Assembly: GCA_025360615.1 (NCBI GenBank)
Contig: JANYBX010000415.1
Location: 1 to 52,595 of the forward strand
Reading direction: 5' to 3'
DNA length: 52,595 nt
Origin: Opitutia bacterium
GTDB lineage: Bacteria; Verrucomicrobiota; Verrucomicrobiia; Opitutales; Opitutaceae
Each line of letters opens with the position of its first letter. Position 1 is the first letter of the stretch. The notes under the pieces were generated by a model. It was given only the letters and a program-made list of their open reading frames with translations. It was not told the origin of the DNA and ran no database searches. Positions 9,701 to 17,646 of this stretch are shown piece by piece. A program made the translations under genes and the position numbers.

Positions 9701-10088
9701 CGGGAAAACGATCCCGCCCGCGATCCAGCGCGTATCGGCGGTGCCCGGCGGTTTCGAGCTTCACTTCACCGTGGCGATTCCCGCGGGGCTCGCGGAAAAA
9801 GATCTCGCCGCCGCGCTCGCGATCAAATCGTGGGTTTACCGCGATGCGCCCGACTACGGCTCACCCGAGCTCGATGAACACGCGGAGCCAGTCATGCGGG
9901 TGGAGATCGGCGCCGACCGGACCACGCTGCGCGTGACGCTGGGGAAGACCGATCAACCGACGGTGCATCCGCAGCAGACCGCGCGCGTCTACCACCTCGT
10001 CCTCGCCGGCAAAACCGTCTGGGGCGCGCTGGCGGGGCCGGGCTTCGAGGCGTTTTATACGCTCTATCAATTCCCTGCGGCGCCGTGA
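6738..10088 (+). CDS. large secreted multidomain protein: DUF1080 (3-keto-disaccharide-hydrolase-like) + c-type cytochrome + beta-propeller dehydrogenase-like region (PVC-type heme-binding CxxCH protein)
   Basis: Start reset to ATG 6738 (MKIPRSVLLVLPLLLALSSATRA signal peptide). N-terminal jelly-roll-like region. CIECH heme motif at 7524-7538. The C-terminal ~600 aa carry propeller-like repeats (GIWRL, GRLWYAENQG, YGHP). Confidence 0.85.
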   Translation: MKIPRSVLLVLPLLLALSSATRAAPPAGPAAWFFANPAWLPAETVALAPDGSRFEATTGTAAILYHAGQNTPAKPAQLRTNAYLGDSVLRMEFMLTANAQAGLYVEGRYRIQLAAQGLGGLGAMAEPTATDAHPAGEPPLVNPPGKPGTWQILEAKFRAPRFDEARNKTQDALLLEVKIDGQVVQANTVPTGWSRGADFNWHDAGGNTTISVEQGSLAIRDFSIRPADFGAVQVPKTSGQPSNAAALVDFVKRGEETFRAVGCIECHAVQRDDASLKTGPNLFGLFTLEPRDRAIIAGEGHRFTIKADRGYLQRSVRTPLEEVAIAEQGPTVGKPYLPVMPAYAPTVVSDPQIDAIASYLGTLNEVGNQGPVIRLVKETGPENYDPMTDRLQLLIDRTVRIQRGPMANVSGRAIHVGQPNGINFTFDPRVLAVVKIWQGGFLDLSGELLNRGGNGFKMGFESREIDLGTTAVLLAPLNAQGEPIDFSFKDAKFKDGDTVRQSINDARDHLDRLAAVDAQFLGYARDSKQPLASPTFNYRVGRNVVAVRAEFAADGAVSLFVEGKFATPQSFAINEGVLGTVKVSVGELRGGRWILPPGTYTGAVAKGRLTLAQNAWRAKPSAFDYRRQPLVVEPSKSTLPVGYRAETYLGPKDSYGRDMLFEALGLATAPDGTLVVATRTAGIWRLVQGEWRLFAEGTFDSLGVQVEDEHGLRLVVGQKAEVTRITDTNGDGLADTFETMTDAFSYHGNYHAYLHGPVRDAAGNYFITLNLDDASQDDVGYRAGGKYMGTTGGFRGWAARVPAQGGFEPWANGLRSPAGLAFAPDGRLWYAENQGEYVGTSKLFVLKQGAFYGHPAGLIDRPGMTPASPEIAWGKVQDQRERAVILFPQNRLANSPGNPAWDTTGGRFGPFAGQMLIGDQTKSNLLRVVIERVGDQEQGAVIPFATDLESGVMRPLFLADGSLLLGQTGRGWQAKGGRVASLQHLVWDGKTIPPAIQRVSAVPGGFELHFTVAIPAGLAEKDLAAALAIKSWVYRDAPDYGSPELDEHAEPVMRVEIGADRTTLRVTLGKTDQPTVHPQQTARVYHLVLAGKTVWGALAGPGFEAFYTLYQFPAAP
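7524..7538 (+). other. CxxCH heme c attachment motif (CIECH)
   Basis: In-frame tgc atc gag tgc cac within CDS 6738..10088; a Met-rich PVMPAY stretch lies downstream as a possible axial-ligand region. Confidence 0.7.
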
Positions 10089-10101
10089 TACGCGCCATCG
10101 C

Positions 10102-12138
10102 TCACTTCCGCCGCAGGCGTGAGGCGAAACCGCCGCGCGCGGCGAGATTGATTTCGAGCTGATCGCCGGGCTGCGCGGTGAAGCTGCGCTGCGCGAATTC
10201 GCGCGGCGTGGCTCCGTCGGTGATGAGCGTGGCCGCGGCCGGGCCGCCGAGAAACGAGAGCGGCACGCGAATCGTCTTCGCGGTTTTCTCGCCGTTGATA
10301 CCGGCGAGATACCACATGTCCCCGCGCCGGCGCGCGACCACGGCGAGTTCCCCGGGCGCGCCGGCGAGAATGCGCGTCTCATCCCACGCGGCCGGCAATC
10401 CGCGGAAATAATCCTGCACATACTCCGGCAAGGTCACGAGGCTCGCGGCGGCGTCGATCACGTGCTGGAGTCCGCTCTCGAAGACCACGAGCAGCGCGAG
10501 TTCGTGGGCGTTGGTCGTGAGATGCGGCTCCCGTTGCGAGTTCGGCGTAGTGACATCGCTAAAAACCCCGGGCGTGTAATCCATCGGCCCGATGGCGTTG
10601 CGGGTGAAAACGTAGATGCTGTTAAAAGTCTGCGCGTTTTCGGCGAAGGTCTTGTCCCAATACTGCTCGCCGCCGCGCACGGCCTCCATCGAAAGCAGGT
10701 TCGGGTGGGTGCGCTGCCAGCCGCGCGGAATCGTGCAGCCGTGGAAGTCGACGACGAGGTGGTGCCGCGCGGCGTCGCGCAGGATGTCGTGATAGAGGGC
10801 GATCACGTATTGTTTGTCGCTCTGCATGAAATCGACCTTGATGCCCTTGATGCCGAGGGCGGAGATCCGGGCGAATTCGGCGTCGCGCCCCAGCGGATCG
10901 GTGAGCAAATCCCGCGGGCCGGCCTCGGGCACCTGGTTGTGTTTTCCGCCGGAGTTATACCACACGATGAGATTGACGCCCCGGTCCTTGGCGTGGGCGA
11001 CGAGCTGGCGGATGTCGCCACCGACCATCTCGGGCCAGCCGAGATCGAGCAGCGTGTAACGCCAGCCGAACTTCGCCGCCGCATCGACGGAGAGCGCGAG
11101 TTTCGCGTAGTCACGCGGGCTCCCCATGTCGCTCCACCAACTCCAGGAGGCGACGCCGGGCTCGATCCACGACGTGTCCGCGAACTCGGCCGGGCGAGCG
11201 AGATCGGTGACGAGCGTGGACTCGGCGATCCCGCCGGCGCGATTTGCCACGATGATCACGCGCCACGGCGAATTCCACGGCAGCGTAATGCTCGCCGCCT
11301 GCGGCGCGACACCGTAGGTCTCCGCCGCCTCGGGCAACCGCACGCGATAGAGGCCGCCCTCCGCGCGCGGTTCGAGATGCGCGCCAAAGTAGCTGGGCTC
11401 GAGCGCCGTCTCCGTGATGAGCACCCAGAGATTGTTCACCTGGGCGAGGAGCGGCAGCGCCCAGCCTTCGGCCGTCGGCGCGGCGGTGCCGACGGGGACC
11501 CCATTGACGTAGTCCGCCTCGTAGCCGGGCGCCCAGACATCGACCTTCGAGTAAGGCTGCGCCCACACGCGGCCGCCCGCCGGGAACTTGAACCCCGTGG
11601 CTTCCCCGGAAATTTGCAGCAATTGCGAACTCTGCCCCGGCAAACCGTAGCGAAAAGCCACGCCGTCGGGATACGCGCGCACCGTGAGATCGAGCCGGAC
11701 GCCCTTGGCGTTGCGCCACGTGAACGTGCGCTCGACGCCGCGTGCGCGGATTTTCAGCCGCTTGCCGGAGGTGAGCGTGTAGTTGTCCTCGACCACCGTC
11801 GCCACCGTGGCGGATACGAAGGTGAGGCCGTCCGTCAGTTCGGTATCCGTGCGCGTGAGGCCGAGCGGGGAACGTTCCAACACGGGCGTCGCCGCACCGT
11901 GGTCGAGATGATCGACGCGGTAGGCGAGACCGCGGTCATCGGCGAACAAGGTGAACTGCAGCGAACCCGGCTCGTTGCTTAGCGTGAGATCCGGCGCCGC
12001 GGCGGAAGCGGCCCGCACGATTTCCGCGAAGGCCACGGCGAGCAGAAAAAACCGGCGAGCGACTTGAACGGGGTGCGATTGAACATGGGGGTTTCGGGAA
12101 GGAACAGCGACGCGCCCGAAGCAACAGGGAAGCCCCAC
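10102..12138 (-). CDS. glycoside hydrolase family 97 (alpha-glucosidase/alpha-galactosidase-type)
   Basis: IKGIKVDFMQSDKQYVIALYHDILRDAARHHLVVDFHGCTIPRGWQRTHPNLLSMEAVRGGEQY matches the GH97 catalytic core as I remember it. The protein is also homologous to 41995..44190. The start at 12138 is a GTG and is uncertain. Confidence 0.85.
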   Translation of the reverse strand: MGLPCCFGRVAVPSRNPHVQSHPVQVARRFFLLAVAFAEIVRAASAAAPDLTLSNEPGSLQFTLFADDRGLAYRVDHLDHGAATPVLERSPLGLTRTDTELTDGLTFVSATVATVVEDNYTLTSGKRLKIRARGVERTFTWRNAKGVRLDLTVRAYPDGVAFRYGLPGQSSQLLQISGEATGFKFPAGGRVWAQPYSKVDVWAPGYEADYVNGVPVGTAAPTAEGWALPLLAQVNNLWVLITETALEPSYFGAHLEPRAEGGLYRVRLPEAAETYGVAPQAASITLPWNSPWRVIIVANRAGGIAESTLVTDLARPAEFADTSWIEPGVASWSWWSDMGSPRDYAKLALSVDAAAKFGWRYTLLDLGWPEMVGGDIRQLVAHAKDRGVNLIVWYNSGGKHNQVPEAGPRDLLTDPLGRDAEFARISALGIKGIKVDFMQSDKQYVIALYHDILRDAARHHLVVDFHGCTIPRGWQRTHPNLLSMEAVRGGEQYWDKTFAENAQTFNSIYVFTRNAIGPMDYTPGVFSDVTTPNSQREPHLTTNAHELALLVVFESGLQHVIDAAASLVTLPEYVQDYFRGLPAAWDETRILAGAPGELAVVARRRGDMWYLAGINGEKTAKTIRVPLSFLGGPAAATLITDGATPREFAQRSFTAQPGDQLEINLAARGGFASRLRRK

Positions 12139-12258
12139 CTGCGTCGCAAGCGGGAAGCGCCCCGGCTACCGACGATGCGCGATGCCCGCCCCGGGGCCGG
12201 CAAAGAAACGCTTTAACCAAACAAAATTTCTCATCCCCGGCGCGCGGGAAAAAGCGGC

Positions 12259-13206
12259 CTAGTTTTTCGGCGCGGGATTTGCGCTCACGTAGCCCGCCGC
12301 TGCCGGCGCGACGGCTTTCCCTTTTTCCGAAAGCAACGCAATGAACGGGCCGTCCGGAAAGGCCTTCAGGCCCGCGACCACCGCCGCCGCGACGAAATCC
12401 GCCCCCGGCAGATAGGTGTGATTGTGGTCGCTGTAGAAAGCGTTCACGGTCTCGCGGCCCAGCTTTTCGTAACGGTCGGCGCAGAGGTTCGTCAGGTCGA
12501 GCACGGGGAGGTTGAGCTTCCGGCCGAGTTCCTTGGTCCATTGCGTGTATTTCCCGTTCGCGGTGCCGCGCTCGATGCGATCCTCCTTCGGGTCGTAGTC
12601 GGCGGGGAGCGGCTCGGCCGGAGTGGCGTCGCGGAATTTCGCCTTCGGATTCGTCCAGATATTCCGCGTGGTCACGGTTAAAAAATAAACGTGCGCGCCT
12701 TTCTCCCGCGCGGCGCCGGCCATCGCGGACAAATACCAGCCGTAGGTGTGCGCGGTTTCCACCGTGCCGTCATCCCTGGGCAAATCGACGGTCTCATCGC
12801 CGATGCCCGGGATCGAGCCGCGGGCGCCGGCGGTTTTCGGCGGGCCGCCGTCGTTGATGCCGAAAACCAGCAGCACGAAATCGCCGGCCTTGATCTGCGG
12901 CAGCACGCTGGGCCAGTCACCCGGGAGATTGTAGTAGGTGCGACTCGACTGCCCGGCGTGCGCCACGTTGGCGACGGTGGCTTTTCCCGCGTCGAAATAA
13001 TCGGCGAGCGGCGTGCCCCACCCGGCGGCCGGCTCGCCGCTTTTGCCCTTGCCCGTGTTTCGCGCGGTCGAATCCCCGATGACGAAAATCGTGGGCGAGC
13101 CGGCGGGGGTTGCCTCCGCCGCGGTCAGCCGGCTCACCGCGAGCAAGGCCGCGCCGGTCAGCAGCGATTGAAAAATCGGGCGAAGGGAAAGCAGGGTGCG
13201 ATGCAT
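12259..13206 (-). CDS. SGNH/GDSL hydrolase, rhamnogalacturonan acetylesterase-like (CE12-like)
   Basis: Start reset to ATG 13206 (MHRTLLSL..signal peptide). Block I IFVIGDSTARN, block III LLVFGINDG, C-terminal DHNHT-type block. Confidence 0.85.
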   Translation of the reverse strand: MHRTLLSLRPIFQSLLTGAALLAVSRLTAAEATPAGSPTIFVIGDSTARNTGKGKSGEPAAGWGTPLADYFDAGKATVANVAHAGQSSRTYYNLPGDWPSVLPQIKAGDFVLLVFGINDGGPPKTAGARGSIPGIGDETVDLPRDDGTVETAHTYGWYLSAMAGAAREKGAHVYFLTVTTRNIWTNPKAKFRDATPAEPLPADYDPKEDRIERGTANGKYTQWTKELGRKLNLPVLDLTNLCADRYEKLGRETVNAFYSDHNHTYLPGADFVAAAVVAGLKAFPDGPFIALLSEKGKAVAPAAAGYVSANPAPKN

Positions 13207-13238
13207 GGCGGGGTGAGGAGAAAAGGAATGCGGAAAAA

Positions 13239-14120
13239 TTAAGGCGCGGCTTTGGCGGACGGGGCCGGAACCTGCAGCGTGACGCGCAGCCACGCGATCA
13301 CCCGATCCTTAAAATCGGGGGCGAGCGCCGGCCAGGGGAGCATCCCATGCGGGCCATCCTTGATCGCGATCAACTCGCAGGGCACGCCGGCCGCTCGCAG
13401 CCGCGCCTGCATGTCCACCGACTGTTGAAAATTCACGCTTTGATCCGCCGTGCCGTGGACAAGGAGAAAGGGAGGCAGGCCGGGCTTCACGAAATTGGCG
13501 GGCGACGCGTCGTGCATGAGCTTGAGCATCGGCTCATCGATGGCGTCGCGGCCGAACAGCCGCGCAAAGCTCGGGTTGAGCGAGCCGCGGGTTTTCGTTT
13601 CGGCGACAAAATCAAACAAGCCATAGAACGGCACGACGGCGGCGACCCGCGTGGATTCATCGGCGCGCACCGCGGCGAAGGCGATGAGTTGACCGCCCGC
13701 GGATTCGCCGGAAAGCGCGATACGCCGCACGTCCACGCGATATTCGGCGGCGTGTTTTTTCACCCAGCGGATGGCGGTCTCCACGTCTTCCACGGCAGCC
13801 GGATGGTGAAACTCGGGCGCCAGCCGGTAGTTGATCGAAAACCAGGCGAACCCCGCCGCCGTGAGCGGATCGTGCATCGGCGCCATGTAGCCTTTTTGCG
13901 GACCGCCGCTTTTGTCGCCGGCATTCCAACCGCCGCCGTGGACGAGGATCACGGCGGGAAACGGCCCGGGACCGTCGGGCACACACGCGTCGAGGCGTAG
14001 ACTCACGCCGGACGCGGTGCCGTATTCGATCTCGGGGTGGAGGGCGGCCCGGCTGACCAAGGCCGCACTTAGCGCCGTGCAAAAAAGAAATCGCGGAGGC
14101 ATCGAAAGGGGAAAGCGCAT
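13239..14120 (-). CDS. alpha/beta hydrolase, HSL-type esterase/lipase (HGGG family)
   Basis: Start reset to ATG 14120 (MRFPLSMPPRFLFCTALSAALVSRA). Oxyanion motif VILVHGGGW, nucleophile elbow GESAGG, C-terminal GPHGM histidine block. Confidence 0.85.
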   Translation of the reverse strand: MRFPLSMPPRFLFCTALSAALVSRAALHPEIEYGTASGVSLRLDACVPDGPGPFPAVILVHGGGWNAGDKSGGPQKGYMAPMHDPLTAAGFAWFSINYRLAPEFHHPAAVEDVETAIRWVKKHAAEYRVDVRRIALSGESAGGQLIAFAAVRADESTRVAAVVPFYGLFDFVAETKTRGSLNPSFARLFGRDAIDEPMLKLMHDASPANFVKPGLPPFLLVHGTADQSVNFQQSVDMQARLRAAGVPCELIAIKDGPHGMLPWPALAPDFKDRVIAWLRVTLQVPAPSAKAAP

Positions 14121-14201
14121 GAAATCGCCTGACGAAAGATCCGGGGAAAAGGAACTCGTTGCGTGATTGCCCAGAAAATTAAACCGCCCCAAACGAATCC
14201 C

Positions 14202-14663
14202 ATGATCAAACAGCTCGCCCACCTTTGCCTCAAAACCAGCCGGCTCGACCAAATGACGGCGTTCTATTGCGACGCGCTGGGGGCGACGCTCAAGTTCCGC
14301 TATCTCGCCAAGGATGGCCGGGCGATCGGCTGCTACTTTGCGCTCGGCGAAACCACGTTCATCGAGGTGTTCGACCACGCCGATGCGCACCGCCGCAGCC
14401 AGTCAGCCAAGCCGCTCGAGCTTTTGGATGAGCCGCGCGACCCGTGGCTGATGCGTTACAACCATTTTTGCCTGCAGGTTGAAAACCTAGATGGCTACGT
14501 CGACCTCCTCGAAACGCGCGGCGTGGCGGTGACCGGACGGAAAATCGGCAACGACCATTCGCACCAAGCCTGGATCAAGGATCCCGACGGCAATCTCATC
14601 GAGCTGCAGGAATACACCGCGCAGAGCCGGCAATTTACCGGCGAGGATTTTCAAGAAGCGTGA
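14202..14663 (+). CDS. VOC-family (glyoxalase/bleomycin-resistance/dioxygenase fold) protein
   Basis: Start reset to ATG 14202 (MIKQLAHLCLKT..). The HLCL..FIEVF..HFCLQVE..DPDGNLIELQE pattern is typical of paired beta-alpha-beta-beta-beta VOC modules. Confidence 0.8.
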   Translation: MIKQLAHLCLKTSRLDQMTAFYCDALGATLKFRYLAKDGRAIGCYFALGETTFIEVFDHADAHRRSQSAKPLELLDEPRDPWLMRYNHFCLQVENLDGYVDLLETRGVAVTGRKIGNDHSHQAWIKDPDGNLIELQEYTAQSRQFTGEDFQEA

Positions 14664-14776
14664 TGACCGCGCGCCGCTCCGTGCCCGCCGGCATCCTCCA
14701 GCGAGTTTTTTCCGCTCCGCGCTTGCGACGCCCGATCCCTGCACGTGTGCTGGCGCCCGTCTCGCGAATCTGCCCC

Positions 14777-16228
14777 ATGAAAACCACGCTGCTGCGCGTC
14801 TGGCCCCTCCTGTTGGCGATGGCTGCCGACCCCACTGCGGCCGGCGCCCAACCTCCGGCGGAAATCCCTCCCGCCCCTCTTCCCCCCGCCGTCGAGTCGC
14901 CGCCGTCGGCAACACCGTTAGTCGATTCCATCGCGGCGCTGAAAACGGCGATCAACGTGGCCGCGCCCGGAGATACCATCACGCTGAAAAACGGCCTCTA
15001 CACCACCACCGCCGCGATCACCGTGAAATCGCGGGGCACCGCCGCCCACCCGATCATCATCGCGGCCGAAAGCATCGGCGGCGTGGAGCTGGGCGGCGCG
15101 GGCGGTTTCAATTTCGTCGAGCCGGCGGAGCATATCGTCGTCACCGGTTTCAATTTCACCCATGCCGCCGGCAAAAACACCATCGGCGAAGGCACCGCCG
15201 GCGTGCGCTTCACGCGCAATACGTTTCACTGCGCCGGCGACGGCCCCTATCTCGCCGTGACCGGCGACGACGCGCAGATCGACCATAACGATTTCGGCGA
15301 CAAAAAAACCACCGGCAACCTGATCGCCGTCGCCGGCACCGGGAGCCAGGTCGCGCGCCGCCTCTGGATTCACCACAATTATTTTCACGATGTCGCCTAC
15401 CCCGGCCCGAACGGCGCGGAGATGATTCGCTTCGGTCTCACCGCGCTCAGCCAGTCCACCGGCGCAGGGTTGGTGGAGCACAACCTTTTCGCGCGTTGCC
15501 GCGGGCAGAATGAATTCATCTCGAACCGCTCCTCGGGGAATACCTATCGCTTCAACACGTTTCTCGACGGTCCAAACTCGCAGTTCACCCTGCGCCACGG
15601 TCACGACTGCATCATCGCCGGAAACATTTTTCTCCACACCGAGGGCCTGCGGATCTTCGGCGACCGCCATCAGGTTTTCAGCAATTATTTCGAGGGAAAT
15701 TATATCGGCGTCGCCCTTGGCAACGGCAGCGTCGAAGTCGCCGACGGGGGCGCGCTCTCCGGCCATGATCGCCCGGACGATTGCGTGATCGCGTTCAATA
15801 CTTTCGTCGACAACCGCACCCACTACCAGATGAGCCGCCGCACGCCCGAGGCGCTCGGCGCGACCAACCCGACCTTCGCGAACAACCTTCTCCTCGGCGG
15901 TGGCGTCGCCGCGAAAATCGAGGGGCCGTATGTCGGGGCCGTGTGGCTCGGCAACCTCCTCTGGGAGACCGCCAGCCCCGGCGATCTGCCCGCCAACAGC
16001 TACCTCAAAGTCGACCCGCTGCTCGCCCCGGGGCCCGATGGCCTCCGGCGATTGCAGCCCGGCAGCCCCGCGATCGAAGCGGCCCCCGGCAGTTTCCCAC
16101 TCGTGGCCTTCGACCTCGACGGTCAGCCCCGCCCGGAGAAAAAAACCATCGGGGCCGATGAGATCAGCACCGCCCCCGCCACCGCCCGCCTGCTCTCGCC
16201 CGCCAACGTGGGGCCCACCGCCGAATAG
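14777..16228 (+). CDS. polysaccharide lyase family 6-like parallel beta-helix lyase (chondroitinase B / alginate-lyase type)
   Basis: Start reset to ATG 14777 (MKTTLLRVWPLLLAMAA signal peptide). LKTAINVAAPGDTITLKNGLY..HHNYFHD..NGAEMIRFG..NEFISNRSSGNTYRFNTF..FTLRHGHDCIIAGNIF follows the PL6 signature order. Confidence 0.8.
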   Translation: MKTTLLRVWPLLLAMAADPTAAGAQPPAEIPPAPLPPAVESPPSATPLVDSIAALKTAINVAAPGDTITLKNGLYTTTAAITVKSRGTAAHPIIIAAESIGGVELGGAGGFNFVEPAEHIVVTGFNFTHAAGKNTIGEGTAGVRFTRNTFHCAGDGPYLAVTGDDAQIDHNDFGDKKTTGNLIAVAGTGSQVARRLWIHHNYFHDVAYPGPNGAEMIRFGLTALSQSTGAGLVEHNLFARCRGQNEFISNRSSGNTYRFNTFLDGPNSQFTLRHGHDCIIAGNIFLHTEGLRIFGDRHQVFSNYFEGNYIGVALGNGSVEVADGGALSGHDRPDDCVIAFNTFVDNRTHYQMSRRTPEALGATNPTFANNLLLGGGVAAKIEGPYVGAVWLGNLLWETASPGDLPANSYLKVDPLLAPGPDGLRRLQPGSPAIEAAPGSFPLVAFDLDGQPRPEKKTIGADEISTAPATARLLSPANVGPTAE

Positions 16229-16323
16229 CGGCGCGCCAGCGCCCGGGGCGCATTGAACCCCGGTTCATCCCTCCCTTCCCTTGACATCGGCTCTCGGCGT
16301 TTCAGCCTCCGGAAAAAGTCGTC

Positions 16324-17415
16324 ATGAAAAACATTGCGGTGCTCTTTCGGTCGGGGGCGGTGTTCGTCACCGCATTATTTCTCCTCACGGCGAGGAATGA
16401 ATTGAGCGCCCAGCTCGTCCTCCCCGGACCCGCCGGCGCCACTGCCAAGGCCGAGCCGCCGGCAGAAACATCCCCCGCGAAAACACCCCCGGCCCCCGAG
16501 CAACCCGCTCCGGCCGAGTTGATGAAATCCTATTTGCAGGTCCGCCAGCAGTTGCAGGCGACGCAGCTCGCCATCGTGACTTACCACGTCGAGGCCGAAG
16601 CCTCGGCACGCGCGCAGGCCGAAGCCATCACGGAAAAAATCGACTCGCTCAAAGCCGCGATGGCCGCGGAGCGCGAACGCCAGCAGCTCGAGGCCCAGCG
16701 CTTAACCGCCGAGCGCGAGCGCCAGCAGGCCGAGACGGATCGCCTCAATCGCATCATCGTGTGGGTCGCGGTCGCCGCCGGCGGCGTCGGCCTGCTCGCG
16801 CTCCTGCTCTCGCTCTTCTTCCAATGGCGCTCCGTCCAGCACATGGGGGAAATCGCCGTGCTGCGTCCGCAGTTGCCGGCACCGGCAGGGCAAGGTCTAC
16901 TCGCCGGTGACACCGGCGCTCCCTCGGACCAAGCCGTGGCGCTTTCCAACCAGCGCCTCATGGCGGCGATCGAGCGCATGGAACGGCGCATTTTCGAATT
17001 CGAACTCACGACGGCGCAGCCGTTGGTCTCGGCGACCGCGAATCCACTCAACGGCTCCGATCCCTCCCGCCGCGCCACGAGCCCCGCCTCGGACCAAGCC
17101 GCGCGCATCACGCTCCTCCTCGGCAAGGGCCGTTCGCTCTTCAACACCAACAAGCCCATGGATGCGCTCGGCTGCTACGATGAAATCCTGCGGATTGATC
17201 TCAACCATCCCGAGGCGCTCGTGCGGAAAGGCGCCACCCTGGAACGGCTGAAACAGGACGCCGAGGCGATCCAGTGTTACGACCAGGCGATCGCCGCGGA
17301 TCGGAAAATGACCCTCGCCTACCTCTACAAAGGCGGCGTCTGCAACCGCCTCGAACGCTACGAAGACGCGCTGAAATGCTACGAGCAGGCGCTGCACGTG
17401 GAAGAATACGCGTAG
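16324..17415 (+). CDS. membrane protein with coiled-coil region and C-terminal TPR repeats
   Basis: ATG 16324. N-terminal hydrophobic segment, AERERQQ-type coiled coil, TM helix IIVWVAVAAGGVGLLALLLSLFF, and C-terminal TPR-like repeats (ALGCYDEILRIDLNHPEAL.., AIQCYDQAIAAD.., ALKCYEQAL). Confidence 0.75.
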   Translation: MKNIAVLFRSGAVFVTALFLLTARNELSAQLVLPGPAGATAKAEPPAETSPAKTPPAPEQPAPAELMKSYLQVRQQLQATQLAIVTYHVEAEASARAQAEAITEKIDSLKAAMAAERERQQLEAQRLTAERERQQAETDRLNRIIVWVAVAAGGVGLLALLLSLFFQWRSVQHMGEIAVLRPQLPAPAGQGLLAGDTGAPSDQAVALSNQRLMAAIERMERRIFEFELTTAQPLVSATANPLNGSDPSRRATSPASDQAARITLLLGKGRSLFNTNKPMDALGCYDEILRIDLNHPEALVRKGATLERLKQDAEAIQCYDQAIAADRKMTLAYLYKGGVCNRLERYEDALKCYEQALHVEEYA

Positions 17416-17500
17416 GGCCAAAATCGCCCGACGCGTTTTCTCTTTCCGCGTAGGCCGCCGGCAAGAGAACCAACCCTCGCGAATTCCAAGTCCGATGGAG

Positions 17501-17573
17501 GCGGGGTGCCCTCACCCCGCATAAACGTTATCCGGTGAGCGATGTCGCTGCGGGGTGAGGGTATTTTGTCTTC
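17501..17573 (+). terminator. overlapping alternative hairpins followed by a T-rich run (candidate intrinsic terminator for the + strand TPR gene)
   Basis: GCGGGGTG-CCCT-CACCCCGC (17501-17520) is an 8-bp hairpin. CCCTCACCCCGC (17509-17520) also pairs perfectly with GCGGGGTGAGGG (17550-17561), which is followed by TATTTTGTCTTC. Confidence 0.3.
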
Positions 17574-17646
17574 AATCACTGAGCCGAGCCCGAGTTACAA
17601 GCGCGTTGAGTCAACGCGGCTCCACCCCAGCCAAGCCCGGCCCGCC

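Noticed and set aside
14660-14776. Longer PL6 start (GTG 14660, overlapping the VOC stop), with an RR-containing leader as a possible Tat signal
   Set aside because: The RR is not followed by a hydrophobic h-region, and the real signal-like segment begins at the ATG at 14777. I kept the shorter start.
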